This document shows positions 13,603 through 27,749 of a stretch of 64,000 nt of DNA, piece after piece (within the stretch, counting starts at the first letter, position 1; each line of letters opens with the position of its first letter). The notes under the pieces are model-generated. The model saw only the letters and a list, made by a program, of their open reading frames with translations. It was not told where the DNA came from and ran no database searches. The translations under genes were made by a program, and so were the position numbers. This stretch comes from Octopus sinensis (taxonomy: Eukaryota): NCBI RefSeq assembly GCF_006345805.1, contig NC_042997.1, forward strand, positions 50,282,001-50,346,000, written 5' to 3'.

Positions 13603-15139
13603 GCAACCTGCTGCTTCTTAAACCATTCTGTTGGCCTTCGTATCTCGACCAACATGTGTCCCCGCTACTGAAACGGTAATTATTTCTACGCCAGCTATGT
13701 TGTTGTTGTTTTTGTCTCATTTGGTCTAAAGTCGTATGACAACCACCGTTATATATATTTTGTTTATTCATTATTGTTTTCAATTTCGTTTTCGTCTCTT
13801 GTATTTACATCCGTCTTGTGCGTTCACATTCCTGTCTTCTACCAAGAAATCTAATGCTTACAGCTTAGTTTTTTTTCTTGGGGCTGGCCGAGTTGGAGCA
13901 AATATCAAAATTGAACAGCCGAAATTTGCTATGATGATTCGGTGTCTGACTGAAGATTGAAGGCTTCGAATGATTTGTCTGTGTTCCGTGTTCGTCCCTT
14001 CCTGTATTTCACGTTCATTATATATAAAAACATTCATTCTTATATATATATATATATAAGAATCTGTGTATACATACACTCCCGCACACTCACATATACA
14101 GAGAGCGAGGAGACAGACAGACAGACACAGAGACAGACAGATAAACAATCAGACAGACAGACAGAGATTATATGCACTTGCTGAATCGATGTACGCTCTT
14201 GTTAAATAAATATCTCACCTCGATAAACTAAACTAGTCCTGCTTAAGTTCCTTTGAGCCTATTGGCTACATAACACCTGACACATATTCGAACATACCGA
14301 CTTATATTCCCCTAGCATGACACTTTGAAAAGATTTCTTTTACACCTTTCCAAGAGATATTCCATTTCTTGGTGATATATAAATTAATATATATTCTTTC
14401 CTCTACTTTGGTCGATTTACACACCAACTATTGGTTATGTCAATAACTGCAATTTACTAATAGTCTATGCGAATTACTCTATTTAGTTCACCAGCTGCTG
14501 ATGACATGAATAGTCACCGTAAAATCTTGATGTCGCACAACGTATAGATGTCGTAAATATAATACGAGTTCTATTTACGTGATATATTTGAGTTACCTTC
14601 ATCTTATTTGTTTGATTCACATAAACGTAAATTAAAACAGTCGGAAACTATTCTTGAATGGTTGCACGTTTGCAGTGGTTATATATCTAGCTCAGATTAA
14701 CTAAAACTACACTGCTTAGGCTTATTCGCGTATATACCACCTACATATGTGTATGTATGTATATATATATATATGTGTGCATATACATATATATGTATAA
14801 ATATATATGTATATATATATGTGTGTGTTTGTGTGTATGTGTGTGCGTGTGTGTGTATTTGTTTATACGTATATACATATGTATATATGTAGGTACATAT
14901 GTTGGATCAATAGCTCCTGCACGTATTTTTTCTCTCCTTGTTTCTTTTCTGTGTATCTTTCTGTCGAAGAGCGTAGGCTCGAAACGTAAAAGACTTGTTT
15001 TATTTCTATTCCTGAGCGCCATACTAATACATTTGTTTGTTTGTACTCCACCTGCCTTCGTCTTTTGTTTATTTTCGTAAACCTTCCCGTTACATATATA
15101 CGTATGTATGTATAAATATGTGTGTGTCTATTTACCAAT

Positions 15140-15315
<176 letters not shown>

Positions 15316-15804
15316 CCATGTATTCACCTATGCTCACTTGAAAATACGCAGCATTTTCACACATTCAATCATGCAATATCATCGCGGAACTTTTACAAAA
15401 CCTAAACGTAATTGCATTTGTGCCTGATACTGTAATGGTTGTTAAGTACTGTTAAGTACTCCATTTTCTTTCATTTTATGTGGCTAAATTAATATGCCAA
15501 AACATTGCTCGACATGAATCTGTCTAAACTGGCAGATCCTGGTCAAGTGAACTTTAAGTGTATATACGCATTTGACCCTTTGAAAACTTTATGTAGCTGT
15601 AAGCCTGTATACAGACGAGAAATATCCCAACTTTAATTTGAACGGTCGCATGTCTAATGCAGTTAGGCGAGACTAAACCTGTTAAGATGTCTACGATTAT
15701 CTGACGATATAACATTTATTAGGACAATTTTACCGACTGTCTTCCACAGCTGTTTAATAAAATGCAGCTTTATGAATACTTTCCATTGGTCATTAGACGC
15801 TATA

Positions 15805-15852
<48 letters not shown>

Positions 15853-18800
15853 TGTGTGTATGTGTGCATGTGTGCTTGTGTATGTGTGTGTGTTTCGGTG
15901 AGCTAACGAAGGAGCTTCTATGTCGATCTGGTATAAATAGTAGTCAAATCTCCATCGACTTGCACTTTTTTCCCCTTAAGTAAAGAAGACATTCGTACAC
16001 CTTATAAAACGCGGTAGTTAGACCTGCATATTCAGGGTTACCCTTGGGTTATAAAGAAACATGTACTTCGCCTTGGATGGAACTTACGATCCTTTATTAC
16101 AGGCGTAGTTCCAACATTCTTACCTCTTTAGTAGGGACGTTCTGTAGCCTGGTCTAGTAAGCTTCTTCGTGTAATCTTTCTTATTCATATCTACAGTTGT
16201 AATTCAATTATCAGTCGAAATTATGACGATGTTACTATCTTCATGGAGTGACTTGGTAGAATTATCTCCTGTTTAGAATTGTTTGGCTTTGTTTGGAAAG
16301 GTAGTCGTCTTTGTTACAGCAGAAACTGTTGATAGTATATCATCTGTCTCAGTATTCTCTACTCAACTACAGCAATGATGTTAAGGGAAATAATTCCCTT
16401 GATTTTAATAGCGTAATTCACTTTTTGTTTAACATTGATTTCTTTTTTTCTTTCGAATCATTCAGCTATAAATTATTTTATTGTATAAAGCCGCCTGTCT
16501 GCCGATTCCCTCTGTCGCAAGTCATGCATGCATTTTATTGCAAATAGATTTAATCTTCACATATTCATGTGGTGTAACTGCTTAGTAGCCTGGAATCTAA
16601 AATCATAGTCCTATTAACAAATATTTAATCAAATTTTCTAGCTTTGAACACATTCAACTGGCTCTTGTTTTTAGAAAATATATTGGAATGATCACTCCAT
16701 TATAAAAGCGCAGCAGGATCCTTCATGGAATAGTCTAACTCTCCAACCTTTCATTTGCATTTGTAAACATTTCGCTATTGTATTCTTTGTTGTTGGCTAG
16801 TAGCAGATGGTAAAGTGCTTTCATTCTTTTGTCAATTTAAAGTATTGCAGGCGGCTTATGTATACAAAAGTATGGGGTTTAGTTCACAGGTGACCAGGTA
16901 CGTTAGGTAAGCGCTGTAACGGGTTACTAGTGCTCCAAGGTTATAGGTGATATGGTAGTTATGGACCCATTGCAGATTTCCGATATATATATCTTCTTGC
17001 CAAGGAATGAATTCGCAAAGCACTATTACACGTGCAGTTTAAACAAAAATCATGATATATGCAATAAATAAATAGTAGAATATAATTTCAAGGGGTGTAT
17101 AAAAGAAAAACCATTAATGACAAGGGAATTTATCTATGCTTAGCGGCAAAACATTCACGATTGTAGCATACCGAGAAAACCGAATGTTAATTGTAGTATT
17201 CAGTTTTCTTTCTCCTTGTGTGTCACTATTTGGTCAACATCATTTCTTTATTCGAAGAGAAAACTGTGATGTAAAATTGAGAGATAGTGTGTTTATTTTA
17301 TATAGTCAGATGATTCGTGTTGAGGAAATTAATCGTTTCACAGTGGTACCAGCAGAAAAGATTTATAAGTTGTCAACTTCGAAACTGACAAGACATTGAT
17401 TGAAAATTTTTAAAAATCACCTTAGAATATAAAGAATTTAGATGCTGAGTTTTAGAAAGGATTTCTTTCAACTAGATGTCGAGATATATCATCATTTGAG
17501 AGAAGCAACTAAATATTTATCTTTATATTGGCTAACGTCAGTATGGAACAATTTGAAGACAGTTCCTGGAATTCACTATGGAGAAGCAAACTAATAGCTG
17601 TTTTTGTTAGATGTACTGATGCTAGGTACAAGATCAGAAAAAGTTGTAGATCAGAAGTCAACATCACTGAACTAAATCTATTTTCAGTCTCGTCGACCGC
17701 AGAGTACCCAGGAAAGTTCTGAAAACACAATGCTAGCTATTCACAGCAGCTTCTTCCAACCTCTGTTGAACGGTAGTTAAGTCCAAAGTAGCTGTAGTTT
17801 GTGATGTTTAATCCGCCATTTTTCCGTTTCACATAACTCGTTAATCATAACTATTTTTCTTATCAGCTGCTTCGACACCTGCCACTTGTAATACTTTACC
17901 ATTCCTTGCAAAGAAAAGAAGCCGAAGCAATTATATTTTACCTAAAAAACATTGTTTTACTTTTTCTTTATTCCCCATTCAGTAGATCGAAGTGTCTCTC
18001 TTTGATTAATACAATTATGCCTTATTTAAATGATTATTTCTTTTAATCTCATATTAGATTTTCAAGTCAAACCACAATTTCCGCTTAATTGATAACGCAA
18101 GTAACAAGCTAGATTTCACACTTATCAATCGATCCCATCAATTAAACTCATTTATAACGGCTTTGATCAGAGCTATAACTAAATGATTATTCGATTACTG
18201 TTCAAAAGTCATAATGCTAAAATTATCACTTGCCACTTCCCTTAGAACATTTACATATGCCTTTTATGCTATGCAATAAAGATGGCATTCAAACAAGTCA
18301 TACAATGAGATTAGCGAACTTTAACTCTGACCCAGTCACAAAATATGAAGTAGACTAATGAATATTCAAATCTTGAGCACATTATTTGGATGCAATTCAT
18401 TGTGAGTCGCAATACAAAACATGAAGGGATGTGCATATCTATGATAGAATATATGTAAGGTGAACATAATAGAATATATTAAAACAGGTTATGAATTTAT
18501 TACTCGAAATAAACAAGGGAAAACTACACACAAAGAGAAAAGATCCAATAAGATCAGGGTGTCTCTTAACTCCTTGATTCAGTTCCTATAACTTTCTGCA
18601 AGCAAGATCCATGAGTAGATTTGAATTTAAAAGAAGTAGAGCTGTGATATCTGCGACTCACTATGAAAAGTAATTCGTTATCTGCGTATAAACTTCAGAC
18701 ATGGTTTTTACTTAACAGCCTATAATTTGATGTTCAAATTGGTAGGCTGTTTATTACTGTCCCCACCTCCCCTTCAATTAGAAAACTACTTCTCTGTTTC

Positions 18801-20303
18801 TCCTCACGTTATTCTGCTGTTACACGAGTTTCTAGTTGTTTCAGAAAACCGTGATATTCAACTTCTACAGGAGCAGGGTAAGACTACATATGAGGGACCA
18901 TGAGGCTGTTACTTGTTTTTAGTCGGTGCTAATTTTGTTTGCCCTTACTGCTGTTTTTTCTCTCTGACAGTTTCCTATCTTTACTACCTCTTAATTAGCA
19001 GAAGATAATGGAATGGGTCTGATGTTCGAAGCCTTTTCCCAGTTGAGGAAATCTTTCGACTTCTGGGTACTATACTTCATACTGGTACTAGCAGCAAGGA
19101 GGAATTGATAATTTCGGTTGCTGTTATTTCTCCCATGGCTGTCCATAGAGAGGTGAGTAGTGTTGTAGCAGCAATAGTGGTACCAGTACCTACAGTCTCG
19201 CCCTTGGTGGGCTCGTATTTTGTACCGCCCTTCACCTTCATTTTCCTTTTGCTTTTCTTCTTCTGGACAGAAAGTCTTCAAGAAGACTTCACCACAACAT
19301 GAATGACTGAGTCTTTTTCCTCACAACACTAAGTTTTCATTTATATCGTTTCCTTTCGCTCACTATGATATAACTCCAAGAAAGTTATGTTTTCATCGGG
19401 ATTTATCAGGCCCCGGATATCCATGCAGACTCTTACCGGATCAGAAATTGTTGCAGGTCACATCAGCATTCTCCACATGTTCGTTTAGCAGAATCGTTAA
19501 CACCCTAAATAAAATACTTTGTTCTGAATTTAAATTTCGTCGATTTCGACTTTGTCTTTCATCGTTTCGGGGCACTGGGGTCAATGTAATCGCCTAATAC
19601 CCTCACCTAATATTTAGGCTTTGTGCTTTTAGTAAAGAGAATTGTTGCGCTAAGGTGACAAGAGCCATGTTCATATTCCATATCAATATTTCTGGCTCTT
19701 AGTCCTGAGGCCCATGTACTGCAGCATTAGCGTGTAGGCATGTATGACACACCAGATCTACTTGTTTCCTCACCTGATACTTAAACTTCAAGCGAGCATT
19801 TCAACAAGCCCTGCATAGGTCGAGAGAGAAAGAGCACACATTCTACTACATTTAGACCAAGGATCCCTCCTACTCGACCTTCGAGGACATATGGAAGCTT
19901 AACTTAACATTCACAATGGTATGTTACTTTCTTGCTCAATCTTTATCGGATAAATTCCTAGACATTGCTTGCTACCTCGGTGAGCATCTTTGCATTTTCC
20001 TTCTTCTGAATTTGGCTCATATCGAGGTGCTACTTATGACTCACAAAGTTCCTAAAAGTTAAATTTTCTTTTTTTGTTTCATCTTTTAGTCAGGAGGGCC
20101 TACAAAATTGTTGGGAAGCTGAGGACAAATATCCTTAATTCGAAGGTCTTTCCAAGAAGGGAAAGAGGCTCGGATGTGTTGTGTGTGTGTGTGTGGAGCA
20201 GGACAACATGGAGAAAATAGTTCAAATGTTGAGTATAATATTCTTTTGCTGAAGAACTTTCTGGCCAGTTATTGTGACAAACTGAGGATGTACTATTAGA
20301 GCT

Positions 20304-20595
20304 CATCAAAATTATACAGCTATATAGAAAAAAATATGTTTATTGCAAAATATTAGAGAAGCATGGCATACATGATTTGATTTGGAATTGCATATTTCTG
20401 AAGCGTTTGATTTTGAGTTAGAGCAGGACACAAAGATAATACTGGCAGTGCAGTCTTTGGAAGAAACATTTTTGCAAACAAACTCAAGAATCAGACGCTT
20501 CAGAAATATGCAATTCCAAAGCGAATTATGTATACCATGCTTCTCTATAAGTTTGCTATAAACAATGTTTTGTATATAACTGTATAATTTTGATG
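20304..20595. mobile_element. MITE-like imperfect inverted repeat (~115-bp arms)
   Basis: catcaaaattatacag/ctgtataattttgatg, agagaagcatgg.atacat/atgtat.ccatgcttctct and ttggaattgcatatttctgaagcgt/acgcttcagaaatatgcaattccaa pair as arms. Confidence 0.75.
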
Positions 20596-20799
20596 TGCTC
20601 TAATAGTATTCACAATTAGCTGCAGGTAAATAGATCGATAGAACGAGTAAATAGCTGGCTATATGATATATAGTATGTAGTTTTGTTACTCTACAATTGA
20701 ATTGCTAATCTCACTCGGTTCGATGTTCACATATTTCTCCGTAAATATCTGCCAGTCATGTGTGTGGGTGGATCAATTTTTACTTTGAATTTATCGATC

Positions 20800-21760
20800 T
20801 CTCACAAAATCGAGGATGTTATAGCTGTTCTTTAGCTTAAAGTTGACCCTGATTGAGTAGATCAATGATTAAAATATGTGTTGCGCTGTCAGTGATGGCA
20901 CTTTTCAACTGCGATAGGGATGCTGGATTACGAGCGGCTTCTTTCTGTTTCAGAATAACCTAACAATGCTTTATTGGGTTGAGATCCGGGGAATTTCTTG
21001 GTCATGGACCTAAGATCTCATGCTCAGAATTGCTTAGCTACTGCTTTACTGCTCTTGCCTGGTGGCATGGTACTCTATCATGCTGGAAGTGTGTATACTG
21101 CTTGATCTCCATAAATGGTAGGACTTTCCTTTGCATAATTTCAAGGGAATTAGTTCCCTTGATAGTTCCACCTTCAAGCATAAACCACAGTCCGCATCTT
21201 TCACCAGCACAAATAGCTCCCCACACCATAACTTCTGTTGCATTTTTAACACTTGGGATAGCGTAGCGAGGATTATCCCTTCGCTCACACGCCTGCATAA
21301 AATTGTGACAACTGCGTTTCATCCGAAAATATAATTTGTTTCGATTGTTCGACTGACCAATTTTTGTACTTTTGGCTAAATGTCGAACGATCAGCAAAAT
21401 ATTTTTAGATTAATCTTGGTTTCCTTGAACGTTTGTATGACTTAAGGCCGGCATCAAATAATCTTCTACGAATTGTCCTTTGGCTAAAAGCCTTGTCTTC
21501 TTGCAGTAGACAAGAACATTTCTGGTTGACCTTTTGGCGGATAGAATTACTGCATTGTCCATTCGCTTGGTGGCGGCTTTTGGACGACCCGTAGGCTTGT
21601 CATATCCATATTTTCCAGCAGATTTCGAGTTGTTTATTGCCCTTGAAACAGCTCTCTGGATCAATTTAAATGTTTTGCCAATTTGTTGAGTGCTTTATTA
21701 TTCTTCGTACAGAATTTTTATTTCAGCATGATTGACCGACGAAATTCTTCGACCAGGCAT
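20800..21760 (-). pseudogene. Tc1-like DDE transposase pseudogene
   Basis: MPGRRISS..STQQIGKTF..IQRAVSRAI (HTH), TGRPKA, VMVWGAI, FQHD..PCH, WP.NSPDLNPI motifs across stops and frameshifts (ORFs 21038-21397, 21046-21288, 21410-21664). Confidence 0.9.
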
Positions 21761-22039
21761 TCTTTACGACAGGAAAATGATTAACAAGAACGAATTGTCA
21801 TAAGATATTTTAGTGACAGCTTATCGAAAATTGGATCAGTGAATCAGAGCACATCAGCCAGTCAGGGCTCCGTAATCACGCAGAAAACACGTTAACACTA
21901 GGTGATAAACAAATTTGGACGATCGACACTGCGTGATAAACAGATTTGAACGATCGACTAGAGATTAAAAATAGCATCTTTGGGATGAATTCAATTCTTG
22001 TTTATAAATCAATGAAACATCCATTCTGGCTATGACAGA

Positions 22040-22077
<38 letters not shown>

Positions 22078-22079
<2 letters not shown>

Positions 22080-22172
22080 TGAAAGCGCATGACTCAGTGG
22101 TTAGAGCGTCAGGCTCACAATCATGAGATAGTAAATTCGATTCCTAGATCGGACTGTGTGTTGTGTTCTTGA
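22078..22172 (+). mobile_element. SINE tRNA-like head fragment
   Basis: gcgcatgactcagtggttagagcgtc..ttcgattcctaga..tgtgttgtgttcttgag; A-box and B-box-like motifs. Confidence 0.7.
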
Positions 22173-22597
22173 GATTTTCTCTCGGACAAAGTCCACGGCA
22201 GCAAGCGGATGGCTATTTCAATTCAATGTTGTTTCAATTGCGTTCATTGACTAGATATATTCATACATCAATACCTCATTTTTTTATTTGTTTTCTGACA
22301 TAATGACCCTTCTAAGTTACAAGATATATATATGGATACATGTATGACTGTATATGCATATAAATACATGTATATATACGCATATATAAATATATATATA
22401 CATATGCATATACAAAAATAAATAAATAAATATATATATATATACACATATGCGCATACATAAATAAATATGTATATATATAAGTAAATACGTAAATATA
22501 TATATACGCATATATATATAAATAAATATATGTATATATACATATATATACGCATATATGAATATATATATATGCATATATATATACGCATTTATAT

Positions 22598-22629
<32 letters not shown>

Positions 22630-22773
22630 CTTACTTTGATACTTTGATAGGTTTCGGCCATTATTGGCCCAGGCCATGTCTAACTTAATAGCACCATATT
22701 TATTATATATATATATATGTGTATATGTATATATATATATATACATATAAATATATATATATATATATATATA

Positions 22774-23530
22774 TTAGTCAATTTAGGTAGCAAAAAAATT
22801 CAATAGAAATTTATCGCAACCAGCGGCCTGGTGAAAAAGAGAAAATAGTCATCGACTAAATATAAAATATAACGATTTAGGAGTGACCCCAACAGGTCAC
22901 TCGTCCACCAGAAAGAGCAGCCATAACTCACACCGCCAAGTATTATTAATTCAGAAATTAGGTGAAAATTTAAAAACATTTACCCTAATTCATCTTTTAG
23001 ACGTTGCAACGTTTCTGTGTCATTAATGATTAAATTAGCTTAATTAAATTAAATTAAGCCAATCTACCATAGGTTACACTTCATCAGTAAAGACCTGGGA
23101 GAGACAAATATACACGAGGCGTCTGTATCGAAGCCTACGGGATATCTGACTTAAAATTTTCAAGACTGACGTATTCGCGCCAAACTTATCAACAGTAAAT
23201 ATAAACTGCCGATTCAATCTCAGAATTATTCAGAAAATTATCAATTAGTCAATTTAGGGTAGCAAAAAAATTTAATAGAAATTATCGCAACCAGCGGCCT
23301 GGTGAAAAAGAGAAAATAGTCATCGACTAAATATATAAATATAACGATTTAGGAGTGACCCCAACAGGTCACTCGTCCACCAGAAAGAGCAGCCATAACT
23401 CACACCGCCAAGTATTATTAATTCAGAAATTAGGTGAAAATTTAAAAACATTTACCCTAATTCATCTTTTAGACGTTGCAACGTTCTGTGTCATTAATGA
23501 TTAAATTAGCTTAATTAATTAATTAGCTTA
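22774..23530 (-). mobile_element. HHR-bearing retrozyme-like element A, 1.6 tandem copies (period 471 bp), flanked by (TA)n
   Basis: Repeat starts at 22774 and 23245; homologous to the 30.1-34.2 kb unit (aatcggc.g.ttatatt, tttggcgcga, ttgaaaatttta.gtcagatat, cctcgtg, cctatggtagattggctt). Confidence 0.85.
22993..23093 (-). ncRNA. Type I hammerhead ribozyme motif (element A)
   Basis: Minus strand: tcttta-CTGATGA-a-gtgt..acac-a-GAAAC-gttgcaac-GTC-taaaaga; palindromic stem III, GUC site. Confidence 0.85.
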
Positions 23531-23533
23531 TAT

Positions 23534-23631
<98 letters not shown>

Positions 23632-24141
23632 TGTATATATAAAACTTACTTGGAAAATTAATTAGAAGTAAATTTTATTAGCATTCACTTTACATGAGCT
23701 TTTCCCGACCGTCTACAATTGTGCTGAGGCTTGCTACAGAATTTCTGTTTGGATATACTTAGAGTACTTAAATGTCCTCATTGACTTTGCATCTTATTTT
23801 TCCGTGGCTATATGTGAGTGTTCCATTTATTTCTACTCGTGTTTCTCACTGAAGAAGAAAGAATCCTTGTGGATTAATCCACAAATCGGTCTGATTCGGG
23901 AATAACGAATTTTTGAAAAATTTCTGTTACCTTGCTTTACTCGTTTCAGCAGGCTGCGTATTTATAGTGAAAAATATTGTGTGGTTAGACGATCTAGATG
24001 TGGCATAGAATTTTTTTCTATAATTGCTTATACTTTTCTTTATAATTGCTTATACTTTCACCATTAAAGGTATTTTAATATGCTGGCAACTGATAAAATT
24101 TCTTTGAAAAATATTTATGCTTATATTAGAAGTGTATATGT

Positions 24142-24199
<58 letters not shown>

Positions 24200-24504
24200 T
24201 TACATACACACACACATACATCAATATCTATTATTAACTCTAGTCTATGTTATCGATTATTATTACTTGATCATCTATGCTACGGCACATAAACAACAGT
24301 ACCACCGATTTTACGTGGTGTAAACGTAAATACATGCACGGACGCGCACATATAAAAGCATTACACTTTAGCAGTGTTAGTATTTATGAATACACGTCTG
24401 CACGTTGAAATTATAGTTTAGTGTGCGAAAAATTGAAAATATAAAAGGCAAAAAACATGAAAAGAAAAAGATAATTAAAAAAGAGGGGTGATAGTAAATT
24501 CTGT

Positions 24505-25192
24505 TCTACTCTAGGCACAAGACCTGCAATTTGGGGGGAGGGTGCCAGTCGATTAGACCGATCCCCAGTACTCAACTGGAACTTAATTTATCGACCCCGA
24601 AAGGATAAAAAGGTAAAGTCAACCTCGGCGGCATTTGAACTCGAATGTAAATACAGACGAAATACTTATTTCTTTACTGCTCACAAGGGGCTAAACACAG
24701 AGGGGACAAACAAGGACAGACAAACGGATGAAGTCCATCATATCGAACCCAATGCGTAAATAGTAGTTATTTAATCGACCCTGAAAGGATGAAAGGCAAA
24801 GTCGACCTCGGCGGAATTTGAACTCAGAACATAAAGACGGACGAAATACCTATTTCTTTACTGCCCACAAGGGGCTAAACACAGAGAAGACAAACAAGGA
24901 CAAACAAACGGATTAAGTCGATTATATCGACCCCAGTGCGTAACTGGTACTTAATTTATCTGTTTCTTTATTACCTACAAGGGGCTAAACACAGAGGGGA
25001 CAAACAAGGACAGACAAACGGATTAAGTCGATTACATCGACCCCAGTGCGTAACTGGTAATTAATTTATCGACCCCGAAAGGATGAAAGGCAAAGTCGAC
25101 CTCGGCGGAATTTAAACTCAGAACGTAACGGCAAACGAAATACCGCTAAGCATTTCGCCGTCGTGCTCACGTTTCTGCCAGCTCGCCGCCTT
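24505..25192 (-). mobile_element. Multimeric SINE with internally repeated modules
   Basis: Single head at ~25190; body modules (cgaccccgaaaggatgaaaggcaaagtcgacctcggcgg; caaggggctaaacacagag) recur 3-4 times. Confidence 0.85.
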
Positions 25193-26505
25193 GGAATATC
25201 CGCCTTGTGGTGGACGTACATTAAATAAGCATAGGATGAATAAAAACTGTGACAAAAATAAAGCACAAAAAAAAAGTAAAGAAAAGGAAGAATATACCCA
25301 ATTATATCTTAAGAATGCACGGGAAAAAGAACCGAATCTATAACAACACCTTTATTTAACATGCGAAGAAACTGCCTACTAAATACATTTACAATGGAGA
25401 ATATAACAAATAGATGTTAGTTGTGCGAATATTTGCTCATGATGGCTAAAGTGATTCATCTATGTGTTCATTCGCAAAATACTGCATATTATGTGTCTAT
25501 GTGTGTCGTACTTACGTGTCGAACACTTATACATGTGTATATTCTCGTAATAATTTCTCTGTTTGTATGCACCTATTCTCTATTAGATGTGCGAATGTGT
25601 TTCGTCGTCGTATGTGGCTTGCGAATGAGTCCATGCATTCTGTTCTTACTTGTGAGTGACAGAGAGACTATGTGTGTTTGTTTTCGCATGTTTTAGCTGT
25701 ATGTAGATTTGTGCGTGAGCTTTCGCTATTAAATGTACGTTTGATGTGTGTATGTGGTGTGTGTGTGTGGTGTGTGTTCGGGTTGTTTCTATCTTGTGTT
25801 TTTATGGATTAGAGCGCAATCTGACTGTATGCATATTTGTGTACGCGCTGCATATGCCTCTCCGTCTTTTTTTCTCTCTCTCTTGCTCTTTCTTTCACTC
25901 TCGGTTCTCTCTCTCTCTCTTTCTCCCACCTCTCTCCCTCCTTCACTTCTCTGAATGGAGGGAAATGATTTTTTACCCTTCCTGATAAACCATGGGAAAT
26001 ATTCTTTTTTACTGAGGATTTCAAGTAGCACAAATGTACTGGAAGCGATTTTAGGCAAAAGGGTTTGTATTTAAGAATACATTAGATAAAACGGGTGCGG
26101 GGCAATAAAATGTTTATGTAAAGTTTAAGGTACGCAAGAACATAAAATAGATTCTAGATCTGAACACACGCACACTCACTCACAGAATACATATATACAC
26201 ACATAATGCATACACACATATAATACATATTCCCACACAGATACACACACATACACACATGCATACATACAAATAATGTTCCAGTATTGCAAAGGCCAAA
26301 TAAAAAGGCAGCCATATATTAGGTAACAGAATGCGAATATCATTATGATGCATATATTATAGTCTCATCAGCATTTCATCATTCCGTGGCCATATTGAAT
26401 GGACAAATGAAGCAATTATCGGAAACGAGTGAATGAAACCGTAAGACCTGGTACTTTGCTAGGAGAGACTTGAAAGTGTCATACCTGGTTCATGGGCGTT
26501 AGATT

Positions 26506-26535
<30 letters not shown>

Positions 26536-26538
<3 letters not shown>

Positions 26539-26785
26539 AGGCGCGTGGCTTAGTGATTATGGTGTCAGCATCATGATCGTAAGATTGTGGTTTCGTTCCT
26601 GGACCGGGCGACGCATTGTGTTCTTGAGCAAAACACTTCATTTCACGTTGATCCAGTCCACTGAGCTGGCGAAAATGTGTAACGCTGCGATGGACTGGCC
26701 TCCCGTCCAGCTGGGGAACACATACGCCACGGAAACCGGGAAACCAGGCCCATGAGCCTGGCTAGGCTTTCAAAAGGGCGCATTT
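26536..26785 (+). mobile_element. tRNA-derived SINE with V-domain-like centre
   Basis: ggaggcgcgtggcttagtg head, gtgttcttgagcaaaacactt, gctgcgatggactggcctcccgtccag; second copy at 43243-43545. Confidence 0.8.
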
Positions 26786-26791
26786 ATATAT

Positions 26792-26858
<67 letters not shown>

Positions 26859-27749
26859 ACGGAATGAAATTTATGATTGAAAGCATGCTTATCAAACTGT
26901 GCCCCGCCTCTCTTAGCCTATCCTCCTTTCCTCAAATCGGAAAATCCTGGTTTATTCAGCCCATCGGAGTTGTGTCACTTTGGATTGGCGGCCCCCGCGC
27001 TAAGATTCATGAGGCAAAATATTCTCCACGCCAGTTTATATGACATTTGATTGCGCAGTGGAGCTAAGGGAAGGGCGGTGTGTGTCTCACGGAGAGACAT
27101 GGGGTGAAAAAATAGAAGACGGAAAGCAGAATTGTAGAGGGTGAACGAGGGTGGATTTCAAAAACGCGTATGGTCGTTTACATGCAAGATTGGATAGATA
27201 TAAATGCTGGGAGCAATAGTAAAATTATATTAAATCCGCATTTGTGATCACGCAAGTACAGACGGGATAAAAGCTAACACATATACTTATGGCGCAGTCG
27301 ACCAATTGGTCAAAATATACCTGTACGGATAAGAGCAGGAGGATATAAAACACATTTTAAAAGTGAAGACAGGTACCTGGGTGAGAGGGAGTTTTCTCTG
27401 CTAAACATTTGTTGGCCCTAATGGGACGACAAATGTAAGGACACATATGGAAAATTCTCACTGGGACGAAAAATGTACTACGCCGCCTCCAACAGGTAGC
27501 ATATTTTTCTGTACTAATGCGACTGTGGAAAATGTTTATCCACTAAACTAAGGTAGATCCTGCCTACACAAGTTTTAGCATTAAAAGAAAAAAGTGTAGG
27601 GTGAACCATATGGCCTTATTGCAGTGTTATGTTTTGAATGGGTTAGGATCGGACAGGCTTTCACGAGAATAAAATACATATACATACATACATACATACA
27701 TACATACATACATACACACAGACACACACATATATATATATATATTAAT

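Noticed and set aside
16030-16075. GAAAC-at-GTA palindrome
   Set aside because: No upstream core or stem I.
22640-22690. ggcc-aataat-ggcc-GAAAC hairpin (minus)
   Set aside because: Core and stem III missing; at most a decayed remnant.
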